Origin: Azolla caroliniana
Lineage: Eukaryota > Plantae > Polypodiophyta
Assembly (NCBI GenBank): GCA_043228905.1
Contig: JBHGNT010000299.1
Coordinates: 1-37,489, forward strand
Direction of reading: 5' to 3'
Length of the DNA: 37,489 nucleotides
Position numbers and translations under genes: made by a program. Below, in pieces: positions 25,360 through 37,489 of the stretch (within the stretch, counting starts at the first letter, position 1; the number at the start of each line of letters is the position of its first letter). The notes below the pieces were generated by a model. It made no database searches. It was not told the DNA's origin and was given only the letters and a program-made list of their open reading frames with translations.

Positions 25360-26011
25360 TTGTGAGTTCTACCCCTCCCCTCACCTTTTATTGTTTCCAA
25401 ATTTTATTTTATTTTATTTTTTCTAACCATCACCTCCCCCTTATTTTTCCTAATTTGATCTTCTACCCCTCCCTTTACTTTTTCATTGCCACTCTAACTT
25501 TACCCCTACCTTTCCCTAACTCACGCCAAGTATATGAAACGATTTGGGTGCGCTTGAATCGTTCTTGGTGATCTTTTCACTTCATTCCCACTTTGTCAAT
25601 TTACTCTACCCCTGTCTCGTTCACTAATTTCAATCTACCCCTTTCCCCCGTCCTTTTTTCCAGAATTACATTCATACCCCTCCCTCTTTTAGTAAATTTC
25701 TCGTACCCCTCCCCCTTTCATTCTTCTTAATCTCACTCTACCCTTTCCTCCTCCACTTTAATTTCCAATATACCCTCCAATTCTTCCTACCCCCCTCCTT
25801 TTTTCAAAGATCTCCATACATTCTAACGTATTTCACCATCCCTAACTCCCACCTCACACACTTCTCTCTTACCCTTCCTCTCTCTTCCTCTCTCACACTC
25901 CCCTACATGTTTTTCAAATAACCCCAAAAAATTTTCTATCCCACACCAAATATATCAAACCCCATATCTCCTACATCATCAAATTTGAACACACACACAC
26001 ACACACTATCT

Positions 26012-26061
<50 letters not shown>

Positions 26062-26320
26062 TCATATTTGACCTCCGAAGACGATAATATAATCTATCTA
26101 TCTATCTCTCTCTCTCTCTCTCTCTCTCACGCACACACACACACACACACATCCTTATCTTCCCTATATAAACCCCTCCAATTCTAAATGGTCTTGTGCA
26201 CTGATGAGCTCCGTAGGAGCGAAACTAGTTTGCCACATCGACCATTTCTTTGTATTACTTTTTAAGTTTCTTAATATGAATTAGTCTTTGGTCTATTTCT
26301 CTCTCTCTAAACTTTGTACA

Positions 26321-26380
<60 letters not shown>

Positions 26381-26471
26381 ATTCTCACTCTTAATCTCAC
26401 ATTCACCCACCAATTGTATACCGTTCGCACTCCTTGTATTGACCTCACGGTCTAGAACTCACAATTCTTTG

Positions 26472-26533
<62 letters not shown>

Positions 26534-26617
26534 ATTCTCACTCTTAATCTCACATTCACCCACCGATTGTATACCGTTCGCACTCCTTGTATTGACCTCA
26601 CGGTCTAGAACTCACAA
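25360..26617 (+). mobile_element. TIR/hammerhead junction element, copy 3 (longer variant)
   Basis: Same termini as copies 1 and 2. It has an extra ~50-bp segment inside the (CT)n tract (~26057-26105) and a tandem duplication of the last ~150 bp, giving two right-hand TIRs that end at 26464 and 26617. Confidence 0.72.
26186..26247 (+). ncRNA. Type I hammerhead ribozyme, copy 3, with palindromic helix III loop (CUAG)
   Basis: CTGATGA GCTCC GTA GGAGC GAAA CTAG TT TGCCACATCGACCATTT; AACTAGTT is a perfect palindrome; predicted cleavage after 26230. Confidence 0.88.
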
Positions 26618-27416
26618 TGCATAGATATGAATGTATGCAGATGATCTAATTCTATAATTAGATAGACTATACTCATACTTGCTGGTTGCCTCTAAATCCA
26701 TGTCTACCATCCCAGCTCTTTTAGAATATAGTTGATATTGTATGGCTAGCCATAAGCATCCACGTAGAAAGTCGATGTTCAAAGTGAAGGAATCAAATTA
26801 TTTTTTATTCAACGGATTTCATGATTGTTGGTTTAGAAGGTGAACCTTATAGATGGGGGATTATTCGTCTCAACAAAGTCTTCATATCTATAGACGTTTT
26901 TCATGAGTCGTTAATTTGCAACTATTGAAAACACAAGAGCAAGGTTTTAACTTTGTTCCCAACCCCATGGATCATCATTCTATCTTTCAATTGAAGGTGA
27001 GTGAAGATCATGGATGAGAATACACCATATTCGCCCTGAATGCTTCGATGCTGTTGGATCCTACAAAGAAGCCGACCTTGAAATATAATTTGACAATAGA
27101 TCTCGTGATAGAAAAGGACCTTTTGCACCGAAGCATTATTAGGGGTATAAAATAAAGGGAACTTTAAGTAAAGTATAGGAGAGAATAAACAATAATAACA
27201 TTGTAAGGACCATTACAAAAAGGCCAAGTTCGAATAATTGTCTTTTCATCCTTGAAGAATATGTGTCAGAGACATGGAGGGAGGCGGTGATTTCATGGTG
27301 CCAATCTTTGCTACACTCACAAACACAAAGTGGTAGATCTGTGAGATTGCAAAACTGCATAAGGAAGGAACAGGACAGGACAGACAGATAGATCGATAGA
27401 TTCAGACAGACAGATT

Positions 27417-27455
<39 letters not shown>

Positions 27456-27539
27456 CGATAGATTCAGACAGACAGACAGATAGATAGATCGATAGATTCA
27501 GACAGACAGACAGATAGATACAGAGAGAGAGAGAGAGAG

Positions 27540-30388
27540 ATGGATATGAGGGCTCTCATCCATGATCACACAGATTTCCTCCTCCACTTCTTCCAACTAG
27601 CAGTGTCTGCTGCATCGGCTTCTTCTTCTTCTTCTTCTTCTTCTTCTTCATCATCGGCTGTGACGGCGATAGCGACAGGGCCACAGAAGAATGCTGCCCT
27701 TTCCCCAATCAGCATTTCGATAGTGATGGCCATGGTGGCCTCTGGAGCAAAGGGTCCCACACTCCAGCAGATACTGTCGACAATTAACCTCCCTTCCTCG
27801 GATACCCTCCGAGAGTTCGCTTCTCAGGTTCATGCCGTTCTCCTTGCCGATGCCACGTCCTTGGGTGGGCCTCTTCTTGAATTTGTGAACTCTGTGTGGG
27901 TTCAGCAAACCCTCCCTCTTAACCCCTCCTTCAGTGAAGTCCTCCATAGCAATTATGGTGTAGCTGTACACCCTGCTGACTTCTTGAAACAGGTAAAACC
28001 TTGTTTACATTTGTCCATTCACAGCGCTTCAAATCTCTCTAATTCCACATTGCAATAGACATATATCGTGGTCATGTCTCGCTAAGTCCATTGATTTATT
28101 TGACAAAGCTGCAAAATTGAAAACATGAGTTGTAGTCTGCCTAATGCTAAATCTATTTCTTAAGGAGTACTCTGAGAGACAGAAACAAGAAGATTCTGAC
28201 TCTACCTTTTGCCTAATGTGAATAGTGCTTTTGAAATGTGGGTTAATGTGAATTAATCTCGGTCTCCCTCATATACCATGATTGTGGCAGAGAGATTATG
28301 ATTAGAGGATATAATAGGCTTTATATAAGCTTGAAGCTCGAATGTTAAATAAGGACCCCCTGTAAAGGTAGAGTCGGATATAGCTCATAAGGGTTGAAAT
28401 ATTATTTCTGTACTACGACATAGTGTTAGGGATGTCAATTCCTTTGAGTTTAAACAGCAATGCTGTGAGATTCTTTTTTGGCTAACACAAATGATGTAGC
28501 TCACCATGATTTTCTATCGCCTTCTGTTACAATAATGCGGATACCAGTGCATATAAAGTTTTTAGTCTATAAGCATGGTTGTGATTCATCACATCACTAC
28601 CATTTTCCACCAAGATAGTTGATGATTCTCAAGGCATTGCTGCTATCATTCAATGAAGATCCCTATTTGTTGGATTGCAGAATGATAGTGATATTGATTG
28701 GTGAATTTAAGTTGCAAAAAAAGAATACATCCTCTTTTTTCTTAAGAGGGTATTCACAAAGGCACAAAAATGTTGGGACTCATAACTTGTAACGTGGAGG
28801 AAAAGAAGAAAGAATGATATCTGTTAAAAGCAATCATAAGCACTTGTAATCCAGTATAACTGTCTTTGCTGTGGCTTATAAGTGGAAATGAGAAATAGGA
28901 ATAAGCATATTTTTTCTCAATTCTCATTGTAGAGTCTCACATTGTTAGATTAGAGACGCCAAAATTTCAGATGATTCATTCATTAATATTAGGTGGACAT
29001 CCCCTAAATGAAGTTTCTGGTATGATTTATCTCTCACAGATTAGAGTGTTAACTGTTGTGTCGGATCGCAAGATCAACATTTCCTTCTGGCCTATCATTC
29101 CATTATTTCCATGTGAGATGTCGGGTGTCGTTACCTTTATTTCAAGATTTTACATGCACATAAAAATATTGCTCACGAAGATTCATCTTCATGTTGAATT
29201 ACTTCAGAACAGTTGCATTTTAATACGATTAAAGATTCACAGATATAGAATCAGCTGATCAAATAAAATAATGACACAGAATATAGCCAGAAACAAAAAA
29301 AAAAAGGAAAAAACAAGACATGCTCTGGGATTCTATAGTAATATCTGTCACTATATATTTAGGGTTTTATTTATTTATTTATTTATTTATATATATATCA
29401 ATAAATGTTTGATGGGATAGGTACATATAAAATTATACTATTACAATAAGCTGAAAACTTGATTCAAACCTTTATTGGCAGTTCCAAGTCACAGATTAAT
29501 GTTTTCTCATGTGTTTGTGTTGAGTACCTGTGAGATAATATTTAACTGTGACATGTACAGCCTCAGATTACTTTGGTTTTGTATTTTTTTGTTTTGGTGC
29601 AGGCTGAGAAGAGTAGAGGTGAGATTAATGCATGGGTGAAGCAGGAAACTAAGGGCAAAATTGATGAAATCCTTCCTGTGGGTGCATTAAATGAGAACAC
29701 TAAATTGGTCCTTGCAAATGCCTTGTATTTCAAAGGAACATGGCAAAAGAAATTTGAAACTTCTCAAACAAAAGATGGGGATTTCCATCTCCTCAATGGT
29801 GAAACCATCAGTATTCCCATGATGACGACAAAGAAGAAACAAGAAATATCTTCGCACGATTCCTTTAAAGTGCTCCGACTACCATATAGCAATGGTCAAG
29901 ATGCGAGATCTTTCTCTATGTATATCATACTTCCAAATGAAAAGACTGGTCTTTTTGCGTTGGAGAAAGGTTTAACTGTAGATATCCTTGAAAAAACTCT
30001 AGTGAAGGGTGTTGAAATTGATGTGGGCTCATTTAAACTACCAAAGTTCAAAGTTTCAGCAGGATATGAGGTGCCAGATACTCTAAAAGAAATGGGTATG
30101 AAATTGCCATTTTCAGATGAAGCTGACTTTTCAGGCATGGTGGACTCATCCAATGGTGGTCAAGCACTGTCTATTAGCAATGTGTTTCACAAGACATTTA
30201 TTGAAGTAAATGAGGAAGGCACGGAAGCTGCGGCCGCAACAGCCGTGGTCAGTATGCCTCGGTCTGCTGTTCGCCGCTCATCGGAAGATTTTATTGCTGA
30301 TCACCCTTTCATGTTTGTATTGAAAGAAGATATCACTGGCATCATAGTGTTTATGGGGCATGTTGTGAACCCTCTTTCTACCAGTTAA
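27540..30388 (+). CDS. Serpin copy 4, 412 aa
   Basis: Exons 27540-27992 and 29603-30388. Exon 1 translates as in copy 1, and exon 2 has one substitution (EKAG to EKTG). Confidence 0.95.
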
Positions 30389-33099
30389 TTTAACACCATC
30401 TGATATTTTCAGGCATGTTCATGTGAAAGCCATCTGCGAAGGGACATAGTCATTCACAAGAAACTGGAAATGGTGAAAGTGCAACTATATGACTTTTTGC
30501 TTAACTCAATATAGATTAAAAATGCAGTCAAGAGAATTTACTAATGAAGAATAACTTGACTTGTATTACTTTCAATTACTGTAGTGTGCATGACCAGATT
30601 ATTGTCTTGGTTGTTAGTTCTTGTTGTTGGTATTCTAATAGTCAAAAAGTGCCCTTGACCTTGTTGAATAAATGAACAAATTCTTGATATCTCTTTGAAA
30701 AATTTGGAGTTGGCTTCATATTGGAATCAATAACATATACTTGAATAACAAACACTATTCAAGTGTCCTCATCAGATCATATGAATTCTTATAATAACAT
30801 TTTACTGTCTTGGTTGTTAGTTCTTGTTGTTGATATTCTAATAATCAAAAAGCGGCCTTGACCTTGTTGAATACATGAACAAATTCTTGATATCTCTTTG
30901 GAAAATTTGGAGTTGGTGTCACATTGGAATCAATGACATATACTTTAGTAACAAGCACAATTCAAGCGTCCTCATTAGATCGTATGAATTCTTTTAATGA
31001 TATTTTGGAGATTGGTAGTGAAATTGGGGTCACACATTGTAACTAAAGGAACAAGTAGATCATTGCTCATTTTGAGATGACAAGAGGGAACTAACATCTA
31101 AAGCTTACTACTGTTTGATCAAGAATAAGGAATAACACAAGGAATAATATCAAGAACTCAAGAATAAATATGGAAGCAAGCAATTAGGGATAGATAAGCT
31201 AGTTTGAAATGTAGATTTGACCTACAAGTCCTTATTATATCCTAATTCCCCATCATTGACACAAACATGTTTGTCAACGAGTTGCAAGATGTGAACGTGG
31301 AGGAATGCAAAAGTTTACATTGCAATATTAGGTTTAAGTAGGACATACATGATCAAAAGTGTGATTTTGATGGTAAAATGCAAATGTTTACATTGCAATA
31401 TTAGATTTAAGTAAGACATAATCAAAAGTGTAATCCTGATGGTAAATGGACAAGCTTTTTTCATTTGTAAGTATATCAAATTGGTTATATCTTTGTTGAA
31501 ATCAAAATGATGACATTAAAACGTGTAGAAATTGGTGTTAGGTTCTCTTTTTCAATGTCTCTGTAACAATTATTATTGTATGATTTCTTTACTATGACGA
31601 AATTCAATCGAGTTTTTTTTGTTGTTTAGAGCATTTTGGTTTGTCTATATTTGGGTTCGATACCTCATAAACTATTCATATTTGAGCTACATTTTTTGCG
31701 TGAATCGATTTGTCATAAATCTAGAATGTAGGCATTATTCTTTTTTTAACTTTCTATAGCCATCTATGACCCTTCTTCCAAATGGGAGCCTATCATGAAG
31801 CTATGGAGCTTGTTGGAAGGGTCGAGATGACCAATGTCCTCCAAGAAAATGTAAAGAGTAAAAGCATTAAACCTAACCATACATAAGGGATCACAAAATT
31901 GTGTAAGATAAACTTGATTTATTCATATATAAATTCTTGTATAGTCTCCCTATCTCCTTAAATCGTGTACATCTTGGAGAATTGCTACTCCACATTCTTG
32001 TCGGTGAGCCCAGTGCACATTGGACTCTTGGAAACTTTGCCAACACTAAAGCTATTGAAAATTAAAAAAAAGTCAAGCAAGAGATATATGTGAATCAATG
32101 TAAGTTATCTATATCACATACCTTACGATACATGCAAAGGGATGACATTGGGCAATATTGTGTAACTCATATTATTTTTGTCATTGCATGCATTGTAACC
32201 TTTGAGCAAAGAATATATTTGTGTTAAGGTTAATAACATTGGATGTTAATGTGGAAATCTCATTTTGGACAATGTGCCAAATGATATGCTATTTGAGGAA
32301 CAATCCCCCAAGCCAAAAATAGTGGATAACAGTCTTGTTCCTAAATAGATTGTATAAAGAAGAAGGTGTGGAGGGGAAATTACCAAACGTTATTTGGTGT
32401 ATACAAGTGTCCGTAGAGGCCTTTCAATTGGAACACACCATATTGACTTAAGTAAGATTTTACTAAGATTATTACTAGAGCATAATTTGATGTTTAGAAT
32501 CAAACTACGACAAGGAAATATTGTTTTGTTTCAAGGTTAAGGTCTTGTATTTTTTTCCCTATCTTAAGTGGACCAATCGCAACTCACAAATAATGGGAGA
32601 GAACATTGAAATAAAAACACCATCACGTCGCTTGGGTCCTTGTGTTCATGGAAGGATCATTGTTCCAACACCTTGCAAGTGCAATATGCCACCTCTTCAC
32701 GTGCCACTCTGAGAAGCATTATATTAAGGTGAACTTCAAGTTTATTTGTTATACTAACATGATGTTAGCCAGTAAGGCTCAACGATCACCTCTTCTGAGT
32801 TTGCATTAGACCACATATGGGCGGTAACCATTAGTCTCCTTGACCCATTTTGTAGTCAAGTCACATGTAGAGTTGGTATTGGGTTTGATGGGCGAATGAA
32901 CTATAATTTCAAGAACACATTGCAATATTGAAAGAATGTTGTCAATCTATAATACATTGACGCCTACCCAATGGCTCTTTGCATATAAAACGAACATAAA
33001 TAGCTACATACAAACACACACACATACATAATTTTTAAAATAGTTAAATTAAACATTGTAAAAAATAAATAAAAAAATTATCTGTTTGTTTCCTCACAA

Positions 33100-34660
33100 C
33101 GTTGTGTTTGACGACGTAAAACATCACCAAATTTCCATTGCTAACCACAACATTTAGCAAGGAACAAGTCCAATGACAAACTAAGAAAGGACGTAGAATC
33201 ATGTTTCCACATCAACAATTGCTCTATTTGTTGTAATGGATGTTGCTAGACATACAATATGAACTAGGGATTTTGTTTTGACACGATGTCATTTGGAAGC
33301 TTGTGCCTAGCTCGTGGAGCTAAACAACATATGTCAGGACCAAATTCAATGAATCCTTACCATAGATGGTTTTCAAACAAGCAATAAAAGGAGCCATCTT
33401 TAAAAAGTTGTCTACTATTAAAAGGAAGACCCATGATGAAGTCTATCGAAAGAGAAAATCATGGTTGGGTTGGAATTGGAAGTAGTTGAAAGCACCCATA
33501 GGGATGGTGATGATGAGAGACCTTTATCACACACTTGTGTTGTAGGGACAATACTACTTCTAAGAAAAGAATGTGGGAGGAAGCAGGACATCGTGATAAT
33601 CTGGGATGGCGCCTAGAGCCATCATATACCACAATATTCACTCTTTCAATGTATTGAATTTGAAAGTAAACCGAATCCGAAAATATAACAAAATACGAAA
33701 TCACAAGCATTGGTTTCCAACGAAAAGGGATTGGTCAAATAAGGACAGAGAAGGATAGGGACCTTGGTGAAAGCTTCCTTCACGAACTCAAATGCTTAAC
33801 GAGCCTCTAGAGTCCACTAAAATTGTCAATCCTTGCGAGATAGAGGTATCAACGTTGCAAATGGATTGTGGTAGAAATTACAAAACTAATAAAAATTTGC
33901 ATTTCCATTATTTGAGTTGGGACAACATCACATGTATGGAAAGCCACAACTTTTCATTCATCCATCGTGATTTGGAAGAAATTACATTGCCAAGGAACTC
34001 CACTAAGGGACAATCAAGCTAACATTTCTCTAATCTAGGATAAAGCCCATTCGGCGGAGTTGGGTGAGTACGAGGTGGATGTGATCAATGTGTTTTGCCG
34101 AGAACCGTGGAAAAACAAGAATTTTGTCCAAATAGACGACAATCAATTGGTTCATGTAGTCCCCAAAGATGTCGTTCATCATGTACTGAAAAATAGTAGG
34201 AGCATTTGTGAGTCCAAACGACATAGCCATAATGTTGAGAAGCCCATGGGCCATAACATATTCAGAATGCTATGATGTGAACCAAATTGTAGGCCTTGTA
34301 AAGATAAATTTTGGAGCAGATTTCTTGATCCAAAGGCACATCTACACCCAATGGTACCAATTTTGAAGAGCCACAAGATTTCATCTTTCTTCTTGACAAC
34401 TAGGATACAAGCCCTAACAAGAGACTTGCCATGGTTGTTCGTTGCCAATTGTTGTCAATATAACTCTTGAGGGCCTTGAGCTCCAACTCGTGAGGGCTAT
34501 AGATTGGCTTGAAAGGATGCAAAGCATGAGGCACTAGATAAATGCCACTAATCACAAAAACAATGCTCAGGAGTTCAATCAAGATTCTTCCTTTTAAACA
34601 CATGCTCAAAGTCTTCCTTTTAAACACATGTTTAGGAGTGGCAAGTGGGCCTACCATTGG
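33100..34660 (-). mobile_element. Degenerate Ty3/gypsy LTR-retrotransposon pol remnant (RT, RNase H, integrase fragments)
   Basis: Minus-strand fragments in gypsy order: PFKPIYSPHELELKALKSYIDNN, ILVVKKKD, MSFGLTNAPTIFQYMMNDIF...VVYLDKILVF (decayed YLDD), VEFLGNVISS, then integrase-like PYGCFQLLPIPTQP*FSLSIDFIMGLP. Many stops and frameshifts; boundaries approximate; no LTRs recognised. Confidence 0.85.
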
Positions 34661-36269
34661 TGCAACATTTGGCCCAACTTGGAAACAATGTCGTGCTTGT
34701 GAAATTTGTAAGTGCAGTCGACATGCTTATATATGTGTTTTTGCACGTTTATACTTGAAGGGATGTGTGCATGCCGATATGCATTTGTGCATTTTTATTT
34801 ATAGATGTGAGTTAGTGTGTGTGAGATATGATGTATTTGTGCATATATATGTGTGCAAAAATTTGTATTTCCATGTGTTTATATTTGCTTGTGTAGCCCT
34901 AATCCAAGTGTGTAGTATAGGCTTTATAGTTCATAGGAGAGAAGGGTAGACTTTAGGAAATAGGTGGTGTATAGGTATATTTTATTGTGATTGAGGGGTA
35001 TTTGGGGAACATAAAGCCCCCCTCCCTTTTTGTACATTAGTAGTTTAGAGCCATTGGGATAAGAGGTAAAGGGGAAGAAAAAAAATTGTTTAGCCTAGGG
35101 TCAGGGGAAGTGTCAGTGTTATCGTCTACTACATGTAACAATGTGGCCTACAACAACAACAATGCTGCAATAACACTTGTTGGCAGTTGCTACTCCCCTA
35201 TTCCTTCCTTTCTCACTCTTTGTCGAGTTGTATAGTGTTGAGTTCACATGATAAAACTCTTTGGGTTCTATCATGTTAAGCTCTTACACAAGAGAATGGC
35301 TTGACTTTTGTTTTGTGGGGCCTGGGCTCCACATGATAGAACTCTTTGGTCTATCATTTCGTGGTCAATACTAAACTCTAGACTTAAGTTGAGTGTTGTC
35401 ATCCAATGACAAGGCAAATTGCTCTCCGAGATCCAAATATGTGGGTTCAACTTTGATCACTCGGCAAAATTTTTGGTAGGCCTAGTTGCTTGGTTTTGTT
35501 GAAACTTGGGCATTTGCTTGTTAAATTTGAAGACCACTAGGTTGCGGATATAATGAGATTATCATTGAAGCTTTATTTTTTAATTAAGCGGATGTATTGG
35601 TAGTACATCTAGAACCATCCATTTTGGTTTCGAGTTGGTTTGGAGACAATTTAGATAGTTTCATCTGTGTGACCAAAAGGTACGGATCCTTATTTCGCCA
35701 ATGTTTGCCACTCTGAATACGTTGAGAAAAGGGAAGTGGCAAGTGGAGAGATGATTCCCTTGGGTTTACATAGAATGAGCGACACCACAAGTTCCATGAG
35801 GACACAAAGGTGTTCGTTCTCCTTGAGGAGAGCCTAACCGAGAACTTTTCCCTGTCGAGCCTATGGAACCGACTCCTTGACAACAACAACTATAAGGAGA
35901 AACACTGTTACACTTCCCCCGACGGGTCGTTCCTTAAAAAGAAGAAGAAGAAGAAGAAGAAGATAAAACATGAGATTACAAGGTAAACTTGAAAAGACAA
36001 GTATGAATTACGATATCGCATATCAAATAGGGCTACATGGATGGCATTGAGCCGAGCCGAAACACGACGAAAAAGGTTGTGTTGAATCATAAGAGTGTGA
36101 AAGCGCATACATGTAACGTATTAGAGAGGCGAGAGAGGGAGGATGCAACGAAGATAAGGAAGGAAGCTGTGCATGTGCTCGTAAAGTGAGGAGGAGATGT
36201 TAGGCAAGCGAAGAAGGCTTTTGACAAACTTAGTTTGCTTGGCTAAGAGTGGTAAATGTTATGTTGAGT

Positions 36270-36849
36270 GTAATGGTAATGGTAATGGTAATGGTAGGTA
36301 CCTCCTCCTCCTCCTCCTCCTCCTCCTTCTTCTTCTTCTTCTTCTTCTTCTTTGTGTAGTAGTAGTATAAAGTAAGTATGTGTTGGATTTGGAAGGAATG
36401 TCTTCCTTTTTTGTGTATGTATGTATGTATGTATGTATGTATGTATTGGATTGGATTCATAAAACCGCGTCTTAGTTTGACTATCTCCCCCCCCCCCCCC
36501 CGAAAATAAAAAATAAAAAATAAAAAATAAAAAATAAAATCAAAGTTCAAACAGAGCAAAAAAACAGGGCAAAAAACAGAGGAGAAAAACAGAGCAAAAA
36601 AAGAACAGGGCAGAAAAACAGAGCACAAAACATAAAGAGAGGAAAAAACAGGAGGCAAAAAACAGAGCAAAAAGAAAAACAGAGGAAAAACAGAACACAA
36701 ACTCAAATTCTCTCCATCTCTCACTGTCTCTGTCTCTCTGTCTCTCAGCCTTCAGCCAGAAGACCAAAGACCAAGAGAACACACAGAGAACACAGAGAGA
36801 ACAGAGAGAGAGAGAGAACAGAGAGAGAGAGAACAGAGAGAACAGAGAG
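36270..36849. repeat. Microsatellite/low-complexity cluster upstream of the proline-rich gene
   Basis: (AATGGT)n, (CCT)n(CTT)n, (TATG)n, poly-C, (AAAAAAT)n, AAAAAACAGAGC-like units and (GA)n/GAACAGAGA. Confidence 0.85.
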
Positions 36850-37489
36850 ATGTCTGCACCTTCTCCATCGCCTCCATCGCCTCCTGCCGCCGTTCCTTCT
36901 CCTTCTTCTTCTTCTCCTCCTCCGCCGCCGCCTCTCCAGTCTCCGCCTGCACCTCCTCCCACCTCGCCATCGCCATCGCCATCGCCTCCACCACCAGTCG
37001 TTCAACCCCCCACTACTACTCCTCCTCCTCCTTCAGATCCTCCTTCATCGCCGCCCCCAACTGCTTCTCCTCCTCCTCCTGATGCTGTTCTTCCTCCCAC
37101 AGTAACCCCACCTCCTCCTTCCTCTCCTTCTCCCATCGATTCCTCGCCTCCTCCTCCTCCTCCTCCTCCCTCCGATCCTTCTTCCCCTCCGCCCACACAG
37201 TCTCCTCCTCCTCCTCCTCTTTCAACTCCATCTCCACCTAATGCTCCTAATGCTCCTAATGCTCCTAATGCCCCTTCTCCTCCTTCTTCTTCTTCTCCTT
37301 CTTCTTCCCCCCCTCCACCTTCTCCTCCTCCTCCCTCCAAAACCTCTCCTCCATCGCCCATAACTCCTCCTCCTCCCACCACCACCACCACCACTGCAGC
37401 CTCTCCTCCCCCTCCTCCCCCCTCCTCTCCTGCCATTACCTCCTCCTCCTCCTCTTCCTCCTCCTCATTTCCTCCCCCTCCCCCTCCTT
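36850..37489 (+). CDS. Proline/serine-rich extensin-like N-terminus, probably a PERK (proline-rich extensin-like receptor kinase); 3'-partial
   Basis: The ATG at 36850 opens MSAPSPSPPSPPAAVPSPSSSSPPPPPP..., which stays open to the window end (so it is missing from the ORF track). It has SP3-5 motifs and no signal peptide, as in PERKs. No transmembrane or kinase domain is visible in the window. Confidence 0.65.
   Translation, partial: MSAPSPSPPSPPAAVPSPSSSSPPPPPPLQSPPAPPPTSPSPSPSPPPPVVQPPTTTPPPPSDPPSSPPPTASPPPPDAVLPPTVTPPPPSSPSPIDSSPPPPPPPPSDPSSPPPTQSPPPPPLSTPSPPNAPNAPNAPNAPSPPSSSSPSSSPPPPSPPPPSKTSPPSPITPPPPTTTTTTAASPPPPPPSSPAITSSSSSSSSSFPPPPPP

Larger units (their letters stand above)
7243..32059 (+). 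repeat. Tandem segmental array: four ~5.4 kb serpin units separated by three copies of a junction element
   Basis: Units X1 7243-12677, X2 13674-19018, X3 20015-25359, X4 26617-32059. Each begins ATGCATAGATATG and ends GCTATTGAA. Exon-2 offsets are 6341, 6341 and 6701 bp. Confidence 0.93.

Noticed and set aside
33100-34660. Gypsy remnant as the autonomous partner or source of the hammerhead element
   Set aside because: It is heavily decayed, and no sequence matching the element or its termini flanks it. Proximity alone is not evidence.
36230-37436. Minus-strand Gly/Glu/Arg-rich and Phe-rich ORFs
   Set aside because: They are antisense shadows of the proline-rich exon and the adjacent microsatellites.

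Overview
AT-rich, intron-containing plant nuclear DNA; the species cannot be determined from the sequence. (1) The 3' ten exons of an RH3/DDX21-type DEAD-box RNA helicase (+, 1965-5777; the 5' exons lie upstream), with a GUCT-like region, ten GGGGGYS repeats and a terminal CCHC zinc knuckle. (2) A tandem array (7243-32059) of four intact two-exon serpin genes with reactive centre P2-P1' = Pro-Arg-Ser. Its layout is X-e-X-e-X-e-X, where X is a ~5.4 kb serpin unit and e is a ~1.0-1.26 kb non-coding element found only at the junctions. Element e has 12-bp terminal inverted repeats (TTGTGAGTTCTA...TAGAACTCACAA, containing TG...CA ends), a TATA box and a complete type I hammerhead ribozyme with a minimal helix III, resembling Penelope/retrozyme ribozymes. 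This ribozyme-bearing element at the breakpoints of a host-gene amplification is the most interesting signal. (3) A decayed Ty3/gypsy pol remnant (-, ~33100-34660). (4) A microsatellite cluster followed by the start of a proline-rich, PERK-like ORF (36850 to the window end). All alignments and RNA folds were done by eye.
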